Shown here piece by piece: positions 1-8,875 of a stretch of 64,000 nucleotides of DNA. This DNA comes from Falsiroseomonas sp. (GTDB taxonomy: Bacteria > Pseudomonadota > Alphaproteobacteria > Acetobacterales > Acetobacteraceae), in contig NZ_JBHYGL010000041.1 of assembly GCF_051859025.1 (NCBI RefSeq), positions 76,960 through 140,959 on the forward strand, given 5' to 3'. Each line of letters opens with the position of its first letter. Position 1 is the stretch's first letter. Below the pieces are notes generated by a model. It was not told where the DNA came from. It saw only the letters and a list, made by a program, of their open reading frames with translations, and searched no databases. The translations under genes were made by a program, and so were the position numbers.

Positions 1-575
1 GCCGGCATCGCCATATGGGCCAGGCCGTCCAGGGTGAAGAAGGACCAGCGGGTGCCGAGGATCTCGACCGTGTCGCCGCGCCCGGTGGAGGGCAGCCAGC
101 CCAGCTGGACCGCGAAGACCATGATGAGCATCAGCCCGACCCAGAAGGTCGGCAGCGAGAAGCCGAGGATCGACCCCGCCATGATGGCCTTGGAGCCCAC
201 GCTGTTCGGCCGCAGCCCGGCATAGAGGCCGAGCGGCAGGCCGATCACGATGGCGCCGATGGTGGCGGCCAGCGCCAGTTCCAGCGTCGCCGGCATGCGC
301 TGCATGATCAGCGTCAGCGCGGGTTCGTTGAACACGAAGGACCGGCCGAGGTCGCCCTGCAGCGCCTTGCCCAGGAAGATCCCGTATTGCTGCCACAGCG
401 GCAGGTCGAGGCCGAGCGCCTTGATGGCGCGTTCCCGCTCCATCTGGTCCGCGTCCGGGCTGATCAGGATCTCGACGGGGTCGCCGATGGCGAAGACGCC
501 GACGAAGACGATCAGCGACATGGCCAGGACGACGCCGACGGCCTGGATCAGCCGGCGGAGGAGATAGACGCTCAT
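1..575 (-). CDS. ABC transporter permease, DppB/OppB-like (N-terminal part only; gene runs off the left edge)
   Basis: Own minus-strand translation from ATG at 575-573: MSVYLLRRLIQAVGVVLAMSLIVFVGVFAIGDPVEILISPDADQMERERAIKALGLDLPLWQQYGIFLGKALQGDLGRSFVFNEP. This is the typical N-terminus of peptide/nickel-type ABC permeases. It lies 12 nt downstream of the binding-protein gene on the same strand. It is absent from the ORF track because there is no stop inside the window. Confidence 0.8.
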   Translation of the reverse strand, partial: MSVYLLRRLIQAVGVVLAMSLIVFVGVFAIGDPVEILISPDADQMERERAIKALGLDLPLWQQYGIFLGKALQGDLGRSFVFNEPALTLIMQRMPATLELALAATIGAIVIGLPLGLYAGLRPNSVGSKAIMAGSILGFSLPTFWVGLMLIMVFAVQLGWLPSTGRGDTVEILGTRWSFFTLDGLAHMAMP

Positions 576-587
576 GCCCCGCCGTCC

Positions 588-2183
588 CTAGCGGGCGGCT
601 GCCGGGCGCACATCCTGCGCCCGGGTGAGTTCGTCGACGCGCGCGGTATGCGTCAGGCCGCGCCGCATCGCCCAGATGTTGGTCTGGATGTGCAGCGGGA
701 TCACGGCCACGTCCTCATGCGCCATGCGCTGCGCGCGGATCAGGATCTGCTCCCGCTTCGGCTCGTCCAGCTCGACCAGCGCCTGGCTCAGCAGGCTGTC
801 CACTTCCGGGTTGGAATAGCGGCCGCGGTTGGAGGCACCCCAGCCGCGTTCGCTGCTGACGGTGGCCATGATGTTGCGCAGCGGATGGCTGCCATCGGGG
901 TTGGAGCCCCAGCCGATGAGGTGCGCGGAGTATTCGGCCCGCGCGGCGCGGTTGACGAAGATGGACCAGGTCTGCGCTTCCACCGTGGTGCGCACGCCGA
1001 TTCGCGTCCACATCGCGCCGATCGCCTGCGCGATGCGGGCATCGTTGATGTAGCGGTCGTTCGGGCTGTTCAGCTGGATGCGGAAGCCGTTGGGGTAGCC
1101 GGCCTCCGCCAGCAGGCGGCGCGCGCCATCGGGATCGAAGGCCGGCGCCGGCACATCGGCCACATGGCTGAAGGTGCCCGGCGGCAGGAACTGGCCGGAC
1201 GGCGTCGCCGCCCCTTCCATGACGCGGCTCGTGATCGCGCTGCGGTCGATGGCCATCGACAGCGCACGGCGCACGCGCACGTCCTTCAGCGGGTTCCGCC
1301 CGAGCGGCCGGCCGTCATTATCCGTGATGTGGGGCGAATTCTCCCCGGCCGCGCGCAGGTGATCGAGGCCGAGGAAGATCAGGCGCAGGCCCACCGTCTC
1401 CGACAGCGCCAGGCGCTGGTCGGCGCGCAGCCGCGCCAGATCCGTCGTCGGCACCTGGTCGATGAAGTCGAGGTCGCCCGACAGCAGCGACGCGGTGCGC
1501 GACGCGTCATTGGTGATCATGCGGTAGGAGACGCGCTGGAAGCCCGGCGCATTGCCCCAGTAGGTCGCGTTGCGCTCGAACTCGATCCGGTCGCCGCTGC
1601 GGTGGGATTGTACGCGGAAGGGGCCGGTGCCGATCGCCATGGTGCCCGCGTTGAACTGCTCCGTCGTCGCCGTCGCATGCGTCTCCGCATCCAGGATGCG
1701 GACATTCGTCATGTCGAGCGGCAGCAACGGATAGGGCGATGCGGTGTGGAAGCGGATCGTCAGCGGATCGACGATCTCCATCCGCACGATCGGCCTTGCG
1801 TAGGCGGCATAGGAGGACGGGCTGTTCGGCACATTCGGCAGTCGCTGGATCGTGAAGACCACGTCCTCCGCCGTGAAGGGATTGCCGTTGTGGAAGCGCA
1901 CGCCGGGCCGCAGCTTGAATTCCCAGACCGTCGGGCCGACCGCGCGCCATTCCGTCGCCAGCCCGGGGATGTTCCGCGCGGCGGCATCGGTATCGATCAG
2001 CTTCTCGAAGATCATGTCGCTGACGGCGTTGTTCGGCGACAGCTGGTGGTAATGCGGGTCGAGCGACGTGACCGGCGATCCGACGCCGATCGTCAGCGTC
2101 TGCGCGGTCGCCCCCACCGCCCCGAACGCGATTGCCGAAACGCCAGCCAACGCGGCTGTCCGGATGCTGTATCGCATCGTCAT
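588..2183 (-). CDS. ABC transporter substrate-binding protein, family 5 (peptide/nickel type)
   Basis: C-terminal 531 aa of track ORF 588..3521. Start placed at MTMRYSIRTAALAGVSAIAFGAVGATAQ (signal peptide), ATG at 2183-2181. The family-5 SBP pattern runs throughout (TLTIGVGSPVTSLDPH..., WEFKLRPGVRFHNG...). Confidence 0.9.
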   Translation of the reverse strand: MTMRYSIRTAALAGVSAIAFGAVGATAQTLTIGVGSPVTSLDPHYHQLSPNNAVSDMIFEKLIDTDAAARNIPGLATEWRAVGPTVWEFKLRPGVRFHNGNPFTAEDVVFTIQRLPNVPNSPSSYAAYARPIVRMEIVDPLTIRFHTASPYPLLPLDMTNVRILDAETHATATTEQFNAGTMAIGTGPFRVQSHRSGDRIEFERNATYWGNAPGFQRVSYRMITNDASRTASLLSGDLDFIDQVPTTDLARLRADQRLALSETVGLRLIFLGLDHLRAAGENSPHITDNDGRPLGRNPLKDVRVRRALSMAIDRSAITSRVMEGAATPSGQFLPPGTFSHVADVPAPAFDPDGARRLLAEAGYPNGFRIQLNSPNDRYINDARIAQAIGAMWTRIGVRTTVEAQTWSIFVNRAARAEYSAHLIGWGSNPDGSHPLRNIMATVSSERGWGASNRGRYSNPEVDSLLSQALVELDEPKREQILIRAQRMAHEDVAVIPLHIQTNIWAMRRGLTHTARVDELTRAQDVRPAAAR

Positions 2184-2279
2184 TCTCCCCGGTCCCAGAC
2201 TACCCATCTCGTGTAGCAGCGTGCCACAGGTGAGGCTAGGTTGAAGCCCGGAACCTGAATCCGGGAGAAAAAACCTGCC

Positions 2280-3860
2280 ATGAGACACAACCTCCCCCGT
2301 CCCGCCGGGCTGGCGACGCTCGCTCTGCTGCTCGCTTCCCCTGCCTTCGCCCAGAACCTCACCATCGGCATCGGCGGGTCGCCGACCTCGCTCGACCCGC
2401 ATTTCTACAATGCCTCCCCCAATATCAGCCTGACGATGCACCTGTTCGACCGCCTGGTGGAACAGGATGCGCAGGCGCGCATCCAGCCGGCGCTGGCCGA
2501 GAGCTGGCGCGCGATTTCCGACACCACCTGGGAATTCAAGCTGCGCCCCGGCGTGAAGTGGCATGACGGCCGCGCCTTCACCGCGGATGACGTGGCCTTC
2601 ACGATCGGCCGCGCGCCCAACGTGCCGAACAGCCCGGGCGGCTTCGGCGGCTTCGTGCGCGCCATCACGCGGACGGAGGTGGTGGACCCGCTGACCATCC
2701 GCTTCCACACCGCGGCCCCGCATCCGCTGCTGCCGACGGAGCTCGCCTCCATCCAGATCATCTCCCGCCATGTCGGAGAGGGCGCAGCGACGGAGGACTA
2801 CAACAGCGGCCGCGCCGCCATCGGCACCGGCCCCTATCGCATCGGCACCTACCGCCCCGGCGACCGCACCGAATTCACCCGCAACCCGGATTACTGGCGG
2901 GGCGCGGAGCCCTGGGGCCGCGTCTCCTACCGCTTCATCGCCAATGACGCGGCGCGCACCGCGGGGATCCTGGCAGGCGACCTCGATGTGATCGACCAGG
3001 TGCCAAGTTCCGACATCGCGCGGCTGCGGCAGAACCAGCGCGTCTCGATCTCGGAGATCCAGGGCCTGCGCCTGATCTATCTGATGACCGATTTCTCCCG
3101 CACCGATGGCCCGCCGGTCCATGTCTCCGACAATGAGGGCCGGCCCCTGCCCCGCAACCCGATGCTGGATGCCCGGGTGCGCCGCGCGCTGTCCGTTGCC
3201 CTCGACCGGGAGGCTCTGTCGGAGCGCGTGATGGAGGGCACGGCGCGCCCCACCGGCCAGTGGCTCCCGCCGGGGTCCTATTCCTACAACCCCGCCGTGG
3301 TCGCGCCGCGGCCCGACCCGGAGGGTGCGCGTCGCCTGCTGGCGGAAGCGGGTTTCCCGCAGGGCTTCCGCCTGACGCTGCACACGCCGAATGACCGCTA
3401 CCCCAATGACGCCCGCACCGCCCAGGCGGTGGCGCAGATGTGGACGCGCATCGGCGTGCGCACCCAGGTCGAATCGCTGCCCTGGGCCGCCTATGCCGCC
3501 CGCACCGCGCGGCAGGAACACAATGCCCGCCTGGCCGGCTGGGGCAGCGTGACCGGGGAGGCCAGCTACATGCTGGTCAACATCTTCGGCACCTTCGACC
3601 GGGAAAAGCGCACCGGCGCCTCCAACAACTCCCGCTACTCCAACCCGGAGCTGGACGCGCTGACGGCCCGCGCCACCGCGACGCTGGACGATGCGGCGCG
3701 CGAACGCCTGCTGCAGGAAGCGGTCGCGATGGTGGACCGGGAGACGGCGATGATCCCGCTGTTCCAGCTCGTGAACTTCTGGGCGACGCGCCGCGGCATC
3801 GTCTACGAACCGCGGATGGATGAGCGGACCGTCGCGATGGGCGCGCGGCCGGCAAACTGA
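2280..3860 (+). CDS. ABC transporter substrate-binding protein, family 5 (paralogue of 588..2183)
   Basis: 526-aa ORF with signal peptide (LATLALLLASPAFAQ) and the same conserved blocks as the neighbour (NLTIGIGGSPTSLDPH, WEFKLRPGVKWHDG, PNVPNSPGG). Divergently transcribed from it across a 96-bp spacer. Confidence 0.9.
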   Translation: MRHNLPRPAGLATLALLLASPAFAQNLTIGIGGSPTSLDPHFYNASPNISLTMHLFDRLVEQDAQARIQPALAESWRAISDTTWEFKLRPGVKWHDGRAFTADDVAFTIGRAPNVPNSPGGFGGFVRAITRTEVVDPLTIRFHTAAPHPLLPTELASIQIISRHVGEGAATEDYNSGRAAIGTGPYRIGTYRPGDRTEFTRNPDYWRGAEPWGRVSYRFIANDAARTAGILAGDLDVIDQVPSSDIARLRQNQRVSISEIQGLRLIYLMTDFSRTDGPPVHVSDNEGRPLPRNPMLDARVRRALSVALDREALSERVMEGTARPTGQWLPPGSYSYNPAVVAPRPDPEGARRLLAEAGFPQGFRLTLHTPNDRYPNDARTAQAVAQMWTRIGVRTQVESLPWAAYAARTARQEHNARLAGWGSVTGEASYMLVNIFGTFDREKRTGASNNSRYSNPELDALTARATATLDDAARERLLQEAVAMVDRETAMIPLFQLVNFWATRRGIVYEPRMDERTVAMGARPAN

Positions 3861-3894
3861 GGATGGGTGGCGGGGGGGCTCGCTGCCGCCCCGC

Positions 3895-4359
3895 CTATTC
3901 CTCCTGCGCCGCCGCCACCGGCAGGATCGCCGTCTCCTTCGGGCTGGCCAGGGCCAGGATCGTTTCCGTCCGCTCCACGCCCGGCTGGCCGCGCACTTCC
4001 TCCGACACGAAGGCTTCCAGCGCGGCGATGTCTGCCAGGCGCAGCTTCACCAGGTAGCACCAGGCGCCGGTGACGGTGTGGCATTCCAGCACCGCCTCAT
4101 GCCGCTTCATGGCGCGGAGGAAGGTGGCGTCGTCCTTCCCCGGCCGCATGGCGACGAAGACGAAGGCCAGCAGGGGGCAGCCGGCGGCCACGGGATCCAG
4201 GTCGATCCGCCAGCCGCGGATCACTCCCCTCTCCTCCAGCCGCTTCACGCGCTCCGCGGTGGCGGAGACGGACAGGCCGGCGGCCTTGGACAGTTCAGCC
4301 AGCCCCGCCGCGCCGTTCTCCTGCAGCGCGACGACCAGGTTGCGATCGATCTCATCCAT
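3895..4359 (-). CDS. Lrp/AsnC family transcriptional regulator
   Basis: 154 aa. N-terminal HTH (MDEIDRNLVVALQENGAAGLAELSKAAGLSVSATAERVKRLEERGVI) followed by an AsnC-type ligand-binding domain. Confidence 0.9.
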   Translation of the reverse strand: MDEIDRNLVVALQENGAAGLAELSKAAGLSVSATAERVKRLEERGVIRGWRIDLDPVAAGCPLLAFVFVAMRPGKDDATFLRAMKRHEAVLECHTVTGAWCYLVKLRLADIAALEAFVSEEVRGQPGVERTETILALASPKETAILPVAAAQEE

Positions 4360-4385
4360 GGCGGCAGGTTAGCGCGGACGCCCGC

Positions 4386-4417
4386 AAAAAAGAAACGGCG
4401 GCCTTTCGGCCGCCGTT
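4386..4417 (-). terminator. Rho-independent terminator downstream of the decarboxylase gene
   Basis: Perfect 10-bp stem aacggcggcc/ggccgccgtt (4394-4403 / 4408-4417) with a 4-nt loop. On the minus strand it is followed by TTTCTTTTTT. It sits 29 nt after the stop at 4446. Confidence 0.65.
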
Positions 4418-4445
4418 CCGTTACGCGCGCTGGTCGCGCGGGCGT

Positions 4446-5576
4446 TCAGATGTAGTGTTCCGCCAGCGGCTTGAAGCCGTTGAAGGCCTGGCTGGCATAG
4501 GTGGTGACATAGGCGCCGGTGGCGATCAGCTCCACGCGGTCGCCGCAATCCAGCGCCAGCGGCAGGCGGTAGTTGGACTTCTCGTACAGCGTGTCCGTGC
4601 TGTCGCAGGTCGGGCCGGCGATCGTCACGGGGCCTTCAGCGCCGCCGTCATGGGGCGTGCGGAAGGCGTAGCGGATGGCCTCGCCCTCCGTCTCCGCCAG
4701 GCCGCCGAAGCGCCCGATGTCGAGGTAGACCCAGCGGACCGGATCATCCTCCCCCTTGCGGGAGACGAGGACGACCTCGGAGGACACCACGCCGGCATCG
4801 CCCACCATGAAGCGGCCGGGCTCGATCACCATCTCCGGCAGGGCGTTGCCGAAATGCTCGGCCATGGCGCCCATGATGGCGTCGCCGAAGGCGTCGATCT
4901 CCGGCACCTCGGCGCGGTAGCGCACGGGGTAGCCGCCGCCGAGGTTGACCATGCGCAGGTTCACGCCGGCCTCGCGCAGGTCGGTGAACAGCATGGCCAC
5001 GCGGGCGATCGCCGCCTGGTAGGCGCCGGTCTGCGTCTGCTGGGAGCCGACATGGAAGGAGATGCCATAGGGGTCCATGCCCCATGCGGCGGCCTTGACC
5101 ATGAGGTCCTTCGCCATGCCCATCTCGCACCCGAATTTGCGGGAGAGCGGCCATTCGGCGCCCTTGTTCTCCACGAGGATGCGGCAATAGACGCGGGCGC
5201 CCGGGGCGTGCTGGGCGAGCTTCTTCAGCTCCGGCTCGCTGTCGAAGGCGAACATGGTGACGCCGGCCGCATGGGCGGCCTTGATGGCGGAGACCTTCTT
5301 GACGGTATTGCCGAAGGAGATGTCGGCCGGGCGCGCACCGGCGGCCAGGCAGGCCTCGATCTCTTCCCAGGAGGCCGCGTCGAAGGAGGAGCCGAGCGAG
5401 GTCAGCCGGTCCAGGATCGGGGCGGCCGGGTTCGCCTTCACCGCGTAGTAGACGCGGGCGAGCGGCATGGCGGCCATCAGGCGGCGGAAATTCTGCTCGA
5501 CGCGGTCCACATCCAGCACGAGGCAGGGGGTGGCGGGCGCGTGGTCGCGCAGGTACTCGGCGATCTTTGGGTTCAT
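4446..5576 (-). CDS. Ornithine/lysine decarboxylase, type III PLP (group IV decarboxylase) family
   Basis: Track ORF 4446..5594, with start moved to MNPKIAEYL (ATG 5576; GGGGAG about 10 nt upstream). PLP-lysine motif VYYAVKANP. Alanine-racemase-fold decarboxylase pattern throughout (GGGYPVRY, CDSTD). Confidence 0.85.
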   Translation of the reverse strand: MNPKIAEYLRDHAPATPCLVLDVDRVEQNFRRLMAAMPLARVYYAVKANPAAPILDRLTSLGSSFDAASWEEIEACLAAGARPADISFGNTVKKVSAIKAAHAAGVTMFAFDSEPELKKLAQHAPGARVYCRILVENKGAEWPLSRKFGCEMGMAKDLMVKAAAWGMDPYGISFHVGSQQTQTGAYQAAIARVAMLFTDLREAGVNLRMVNLGGGYPVRYRAEVPEIDAFGDAIMGAMAEHFGNALPEMVIEPGRFMVGDAGVVSSEVVLVSRKGEDDPVRWVYLDIGRFGGLAETEGEAIRYAFRTPHDGGAEGPVTIAGPTCDSTDTLYEKSNYRLPLALDCGDRVELIATGAYVTTYASQAFNGFKPLAEHYI

Positions 5577-6075
5577 CGCGCCCAAACTCCCCAAACGGCG
5601 GGGGCGGCCCTGCGGGGCGGCCCCAGATTGACGAAACGGTCGAACGAACCAGCGACCAAGTGGAACCGGCGGGGTGAGCCGCCGGGGTTGCCAGAACGCT
5701 TGACGTCGTTGCGTTAACCTTGCGCCGCGGTGACCCTGGATGTGCGACGGCGCCCGTCACCCTTTTGGGGCTTCGGCCGCATCACTCTTCCTGGGTTCCG
5801 TGGGCCTGGGGCCTTCGGCACGTGCGTACTGCGTCTGGGGCGGCATATAGGCCCCCCCTCCCCCGCTGGAAAGCGGTTTTTCGCCCCTGGCCGTTTTTTT
5901 TCCGCGGGGCCGGTTAAGGCGCCGGAAACACCGCCTGTCCGCCCCCCGGGGGGGCCGGGATGGCTCCTGGAAACCGCTGACTTCCCGCGCGATTCAGCCG
6001 GAACGGCGAGTCGCACCCCAGGCAAAGCCTGGGTTTGGCGCCGCCAGCGCCCAGCAAGATCCTGCCGCAAGGCGA
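5577..6075 (-). ncRNA. Long 5' leader of the ornithine decarboxylase gene; candidate speF-type cis-regulatory RNA
   Basis: A roughly 650-nt non-coding gap lies upstream of the ODC gene. The only AT-rich patch, a possible promoter, is near 6078-6096. A conserved speF RNA motif is known upstream of ODC genes in Alphaproteobacteria. I cannot run a covariance model, so boundaries and identity are tentative. Confidence 0.35.
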
Positions 6076-6230
6076 AATGTTTCTAATATGTTCTATGCGT
6101 CGCCGCGACGGGCGCGACCGTCACCGCACCCATCCACCGGCCCGAAGGCCGGCGGAGGCGCGGGCCGGCCCGCGATGATCGACTGACAATGCCGAACCGG
6201 CTCAATCCTGCTGGTGGCTGGAACGCCGCG

Positions 6231-6623
6231 TCAGCTCGCCTGCAGCCCGCCATTCGTCACGGTGATGCGGCTGGCGCGGCAGACATTCACGCCGCGGATC
6301 TCCGCCGTCCGGCCATTCGCCCAGACCACGCGGAAATCATAGTTGCCCGTATTGGCCGCGCGGTAGGACACCTGCCGGCCCGGGGGCAGCACGCTCTGGC
6401 CCAGCTGGTCTGCGCCCCAGCCGCCCTGGCTGGAATGGCTGAAATACAGCCGCTCCACCGTCGCACCGGAATTGTTCGCCACGACGAAGCTGGTGTCGCA
6501 AGCCTGCGCCAACGGCCGCTGCACCACGACCACCTGCTGGGGCTGCTGGGGCGTGCAGGCGCCGAGCATAAGGGCCGCGCCTGCCAGCAGACCCACTGCG
6601 CCACGACGAATCATCAACCACAC
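6231..6623 (-). CDS. Hypothetical lipoprotein
   Basis: 130-aa ORF with signal peptide and lipobox (AALMLGAC|T) and non-repetitive composition (YFSHSSQGGWGADQLGQSVLPPGRQVSYRAANTGNYDFRVVWANGR). The start could be the downstream MIRRG (6614). Confidence 0.6.
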   Translation of the reverse strand: MWLMIRRGAVGLLAGAALMLGACTPQQPQQVVVVQRPLAQACDTSFVVANNSGATVERLYFSHSSQGGWGADQLGQSVLPPGRQVSYRAANTGNYDFRVVWANGRTAEIRGVNVCRASRITVTNGGLQAS

Positions 6624-6701
6624 CTCCCGAGGACATTCCCATCCAACGGGATAAATCTAGATCGTGACGGAACCGTCACACAAGCCGGGCACGAATCGAG
6701 T

Positions 6702-7496
6702 TCAGGCGATGAGCCCGCTGGTGGGGGAGGACGGATCGGCCGCCGGCGACCGCGGCATCCGCCCGGCCAGGAAGGCATCACGCCCCGCCTCCACCGCCGC
6801 CTTCATGGCGCGCGCCATGCGGACGGGGTCGCGGGCATGGGCGATGGCGCTGTTCAGCAGCACCGCGTCGCAGCCCAGTTCCATGGCCAGCGCCGCGTCG
6901 CTCGCCGTGCCGATGCCGGCATCGACCAGCACCGGCACCTTGGATTGCGCGATGATCGCCCGGATCATGAAGGGGTTCGCCACGCCGAGGCCGGAGCCGA
7001 TCGGCGCGCCCAGCGGCATGATGGCGACGCAGCCCATCTCCTCCAGCCGCTTCGCGGCCACGGGATCGTCGGCGCAATAGACCATCACCTCGAACCCATC
7101 CTTGATGAGGGCCTCGGCGGCTTCGAAGGTGGCGCGCATGTCGGGGTAGAGGAAGGGTGGCGGGCCCAGGACCTCCAGCTTCACCAGGTTCCAGCCCCCG
7201 GCCTCCCGCGCCAGGCGCAGCGTGCGGACCGCGTCCTGCGCGGTGAAGCAGCCGGCCGTGTTGGGCAGGTAGGTGTAGCGATCGGGGGGGACGAAATCCT
7301 GCAGCATGGGCTGGGATGCGTCGGAGAGGTTCACGCGCCGCACCGCGACCGTCACCATCTCCGCGCCCGATGCCTCGATGGAGGCCGCGGTCTCCTCCAG
7401 GCTCTTGTAGCGCCCGGTGCCGACGACGAGTCGCGAGCGGAAGCGCCGGCCGGCGACGGTCCAGCCCTCATCGGTCGCGGGGGTGATGCCGTCCAT
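6702..7496 (-). CDS. thiG: Thiazole synthase
   Basis: C-terminal 264 aa of track ORF 6702..7655, from [32 protein letters not shown] (ATG 7496). Clear ThiG pattern ([28 protein letters not shown]). Confidence 0.95.
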   Translation of the reverse strand: MDGITPATDEGWTVAGRRFRSRLVVGTGRYKSLEETAASIEASGAEMVTVAVRRVNLSDASQPMLQDFVPPDRYTYLPNTAGCFTAQDAVRTLRLAREAGGWNLVKLEVLGPPPFLYPDMRATFEAAEALIKDGFEVMVYCADDPVAAKRLEEMGCVAIMPLGAPIGSGLGVANPFMIRAIIAQSKVPVLVDAGIGTASDAALAMELGCDAVLLNSAIAHARDPVRMARAMKAAVEAGRDAFLAGRMPRSPAADPSSPTSGLIA

Positions 7497-7497
7497 G

Positions 7498-7710
7498 TCA
7501 GCCGCCTCCGATGAAATGCACGATCTCAAGCCTGTCCCCGGCGCCGAGTCGCGTGGTCGTCCAGGCGGAACGCGGCACGATCTCCAGGTTCCGCTCCACC
7601 GCCACCTTGGGGGCGGCGAGGCCGATGAGATGCAGCAGGTCATGCACCGAGGCACCTTCCGGCACCTGGCGCGCTTCGCCGTTCACCTCGATGGATATGG
7701 TCGCCGTCAT
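7498..7710 (-). CDS. thiS: Sulfur carrier protein ThiS
   Basis: 70 aa from [16 protein letters not shown], ending in the diagnostic C-terminal GG. Its stop is 1 nt before the thiG start. Confidence 0.85.
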   Translation of the reverse strand: MTATISIEVNGEARQVPEGASVHDLLHLIGLAAPKVAVERNLEIVPRSAWTTTRLGAGDRLEIVHFIGGG

Positions 7711-7888
7711 GGGGCGGAACATGGCGGGCGGCGGGGGGCGGGACAAGATGATGCCGGCGCGGGTCAGCCATATGGCGCGCGCCCACAACCCGGGCGCGTG
7801 CTTGCCCGGCGCGGAGACACCGTGCTAGGCGCACCCTTCCCTGCGACCCGCTCGCGACAACCGGGACATCCCTCACTTGACCCCGCCG

Positions 7889-8332
7889 ATGATCGCCGTG
7901 CTGAACGGTCCGAACCTGAACCTGCTCGGCACCCGCCAGCCGGAGATCTATGGCGCCGAGACGCTGGACGACGTGGAGGCGCTCTGCGCCGAGACGGCGG
8001 AGCTGCTCGGCCTCGCCATCGATTTCCGCCAGACCAACGGGGAAGGCGAACTCGTCACCTGGGTGCAGGAATGCCGCGGCCGCGCCGCCGGCATCATCAT
8101 CAACCCCGCCGCCTACAGCCACACCTCCATCGCCCTGATGGATGCGCTGAAGGCCGTGGACCTTCCCATCGTGGAGGTCCACATCTCCAACATCCACCGC
8201 CGGGAGGAATTCCGGCACCTGAGCTACGTGTCCAAGGTGGCCACGGGCGTCATCGCGGGCCTCGGCATCCGAGGCTACGCGCTGGCGCTGCGCGCCATGG
8301 CGGATATCGTCGCCGCAGAAGGAGAGCCCTGA
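7889..8332 (+). CDS. aroQ: Type II 3-dehydroquinate dehydratase
   Basis: [22 protein letters not shown]...[13 protein letters not shown]...[12 protein letters not shown]. The track ORF begins at TTG 7877; ATG 7889 fits the family N-terminus better. Confidence 0.9.
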   Translation: MIAVLNGPNLNLLGTRQPEIYGAETLDDVEALCAETAELLGLAIDFRQTNGEGELVTWVQECRGRAAGIIINPAAYSHTSIALMDALKAVDLPIVEVHISNIHRREEFRHLSYVSKVATGVIAGLGIRGYALALRAMADIVAAEGEP

Positions 8333-8794
8333 ATGTCGGGCGTCCAATTCGACCCCTCGGCGATCCGCGAACTCGCGAAGATCCTGCGGGAAACCGACCT
8401 GACCGAGATAGAGCTGGTCGAGAAGGACAGCCGCATCCGGGTCGCGCGCCAGATCACTGTGCAGCAGGTCGCGACCGTGGCAGCCGGCCCGGCCGCGGCC
8501 CCCGTCGCCGCCGTGGCCGCCCCGGTCGCCGCGCCGGCGCCCATCAGCGATGCCGCGCATCCCGGTGCCGTCACCTCCCCCATGGTCGGTGTCGCCTACC
8601 TGGCGCCGGAGCCGGGCGCCGCGCCCTTCATCACGGTCGGTGGCCGCGTGGCGCAGGGCCAGACGGTGCTGCTGATCGAGGCCATGAAGACCTTCAACCA
8701 GATTCGCGCGCCCCGTGCCGGCGTCGTGACGCGGATCCTGATCGAGAGCGGGTCGCCGGTCGAATACGGCGAACCCATGCTCATCATCGAGTGA
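8333..8794 (+). CDS. accB: Acetyl-CoA carboxylase biotin carboxyl carrier protein
   Basis: 153 aa with an Ala/Pro linker and the biotinyl-lysine motif EAMKTFN. Sits immediately after aroQ and before accC, the classic aroQ-accBC order. Confidence 0.9.
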   Translation: MSGVQFDPSAIRELAKILRETDLTEIELVEKDSRIRVARQITVQQVATVAAGPAAAPVAAVAAPVAAPAPISDAAHPGAVTSPMVGVAYLAPEPGAAPFITVGGRVAQGQTVLLIEAMKTFNQIRAPRAGVVTRILIESGSPVEYGEPMLIIE

Positions 8795-8875
8795 GCCGTC
8801 CGATGACTGGAAGGCCGCAGGCCTGGAGGTCTGAATCGGCCGGCCAAACGCCGCGCAGCGGCGGGGAGTAATATC

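Noticed and set aside
15-2216. 733-aa plus-strand ORF covering the start of the window
   Set aside because: It lies antisense to the well-supported permease and SBP genes. Its composition is Arg/Gly/Asp/Ala/His-rich with no recognisable domain. This is the typical open antisense frame of very GC-rich DNA.
2184-3521. N-terminal extensions of real genes in the ORF track. Examples: 588..3521 (977 aa), 38929..41511 (860 aa), 50132..52585 (817 aa), 38851..40902, 11967..13214, 45069..46127.
   Set aside because: In each case only the C-terminal part has a signal peptide or family N-terminus with a plausible RBS. The upstream part overlaps other well-supported genes on the opposite strand. Starts were moved to the internal Met or Val.
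5862-5900. Plus-strand terminator-like element (ccgct-ggaa-agcgg + ttttt, then a T8 run) that could mark an sRNA 3' end
   Set aside because: The stem is only 5 bp. No upstream plus-strand gene or promoter is evident. The region is more simply explained as part of the minus-strand ODC leader, where the run reads as A-rich.
7711-7888. Expected TPP (THI-box) riboswitch upstream of thiS-thiG
   Set aside because: I reverse-complemented the spacer and looked for the conserved GGGGUGC…CUGAGA…ACCUGAUC…GGAUAAUGCC core. I found only fragments (GGGUGCGCC, GGCUGACCCG, CCGGCAUCAU), with the CUGAGA and ACCUGAUC elements missing. I cannot support a functional riboswitch without a covariance-model search (Rfam RF00059).
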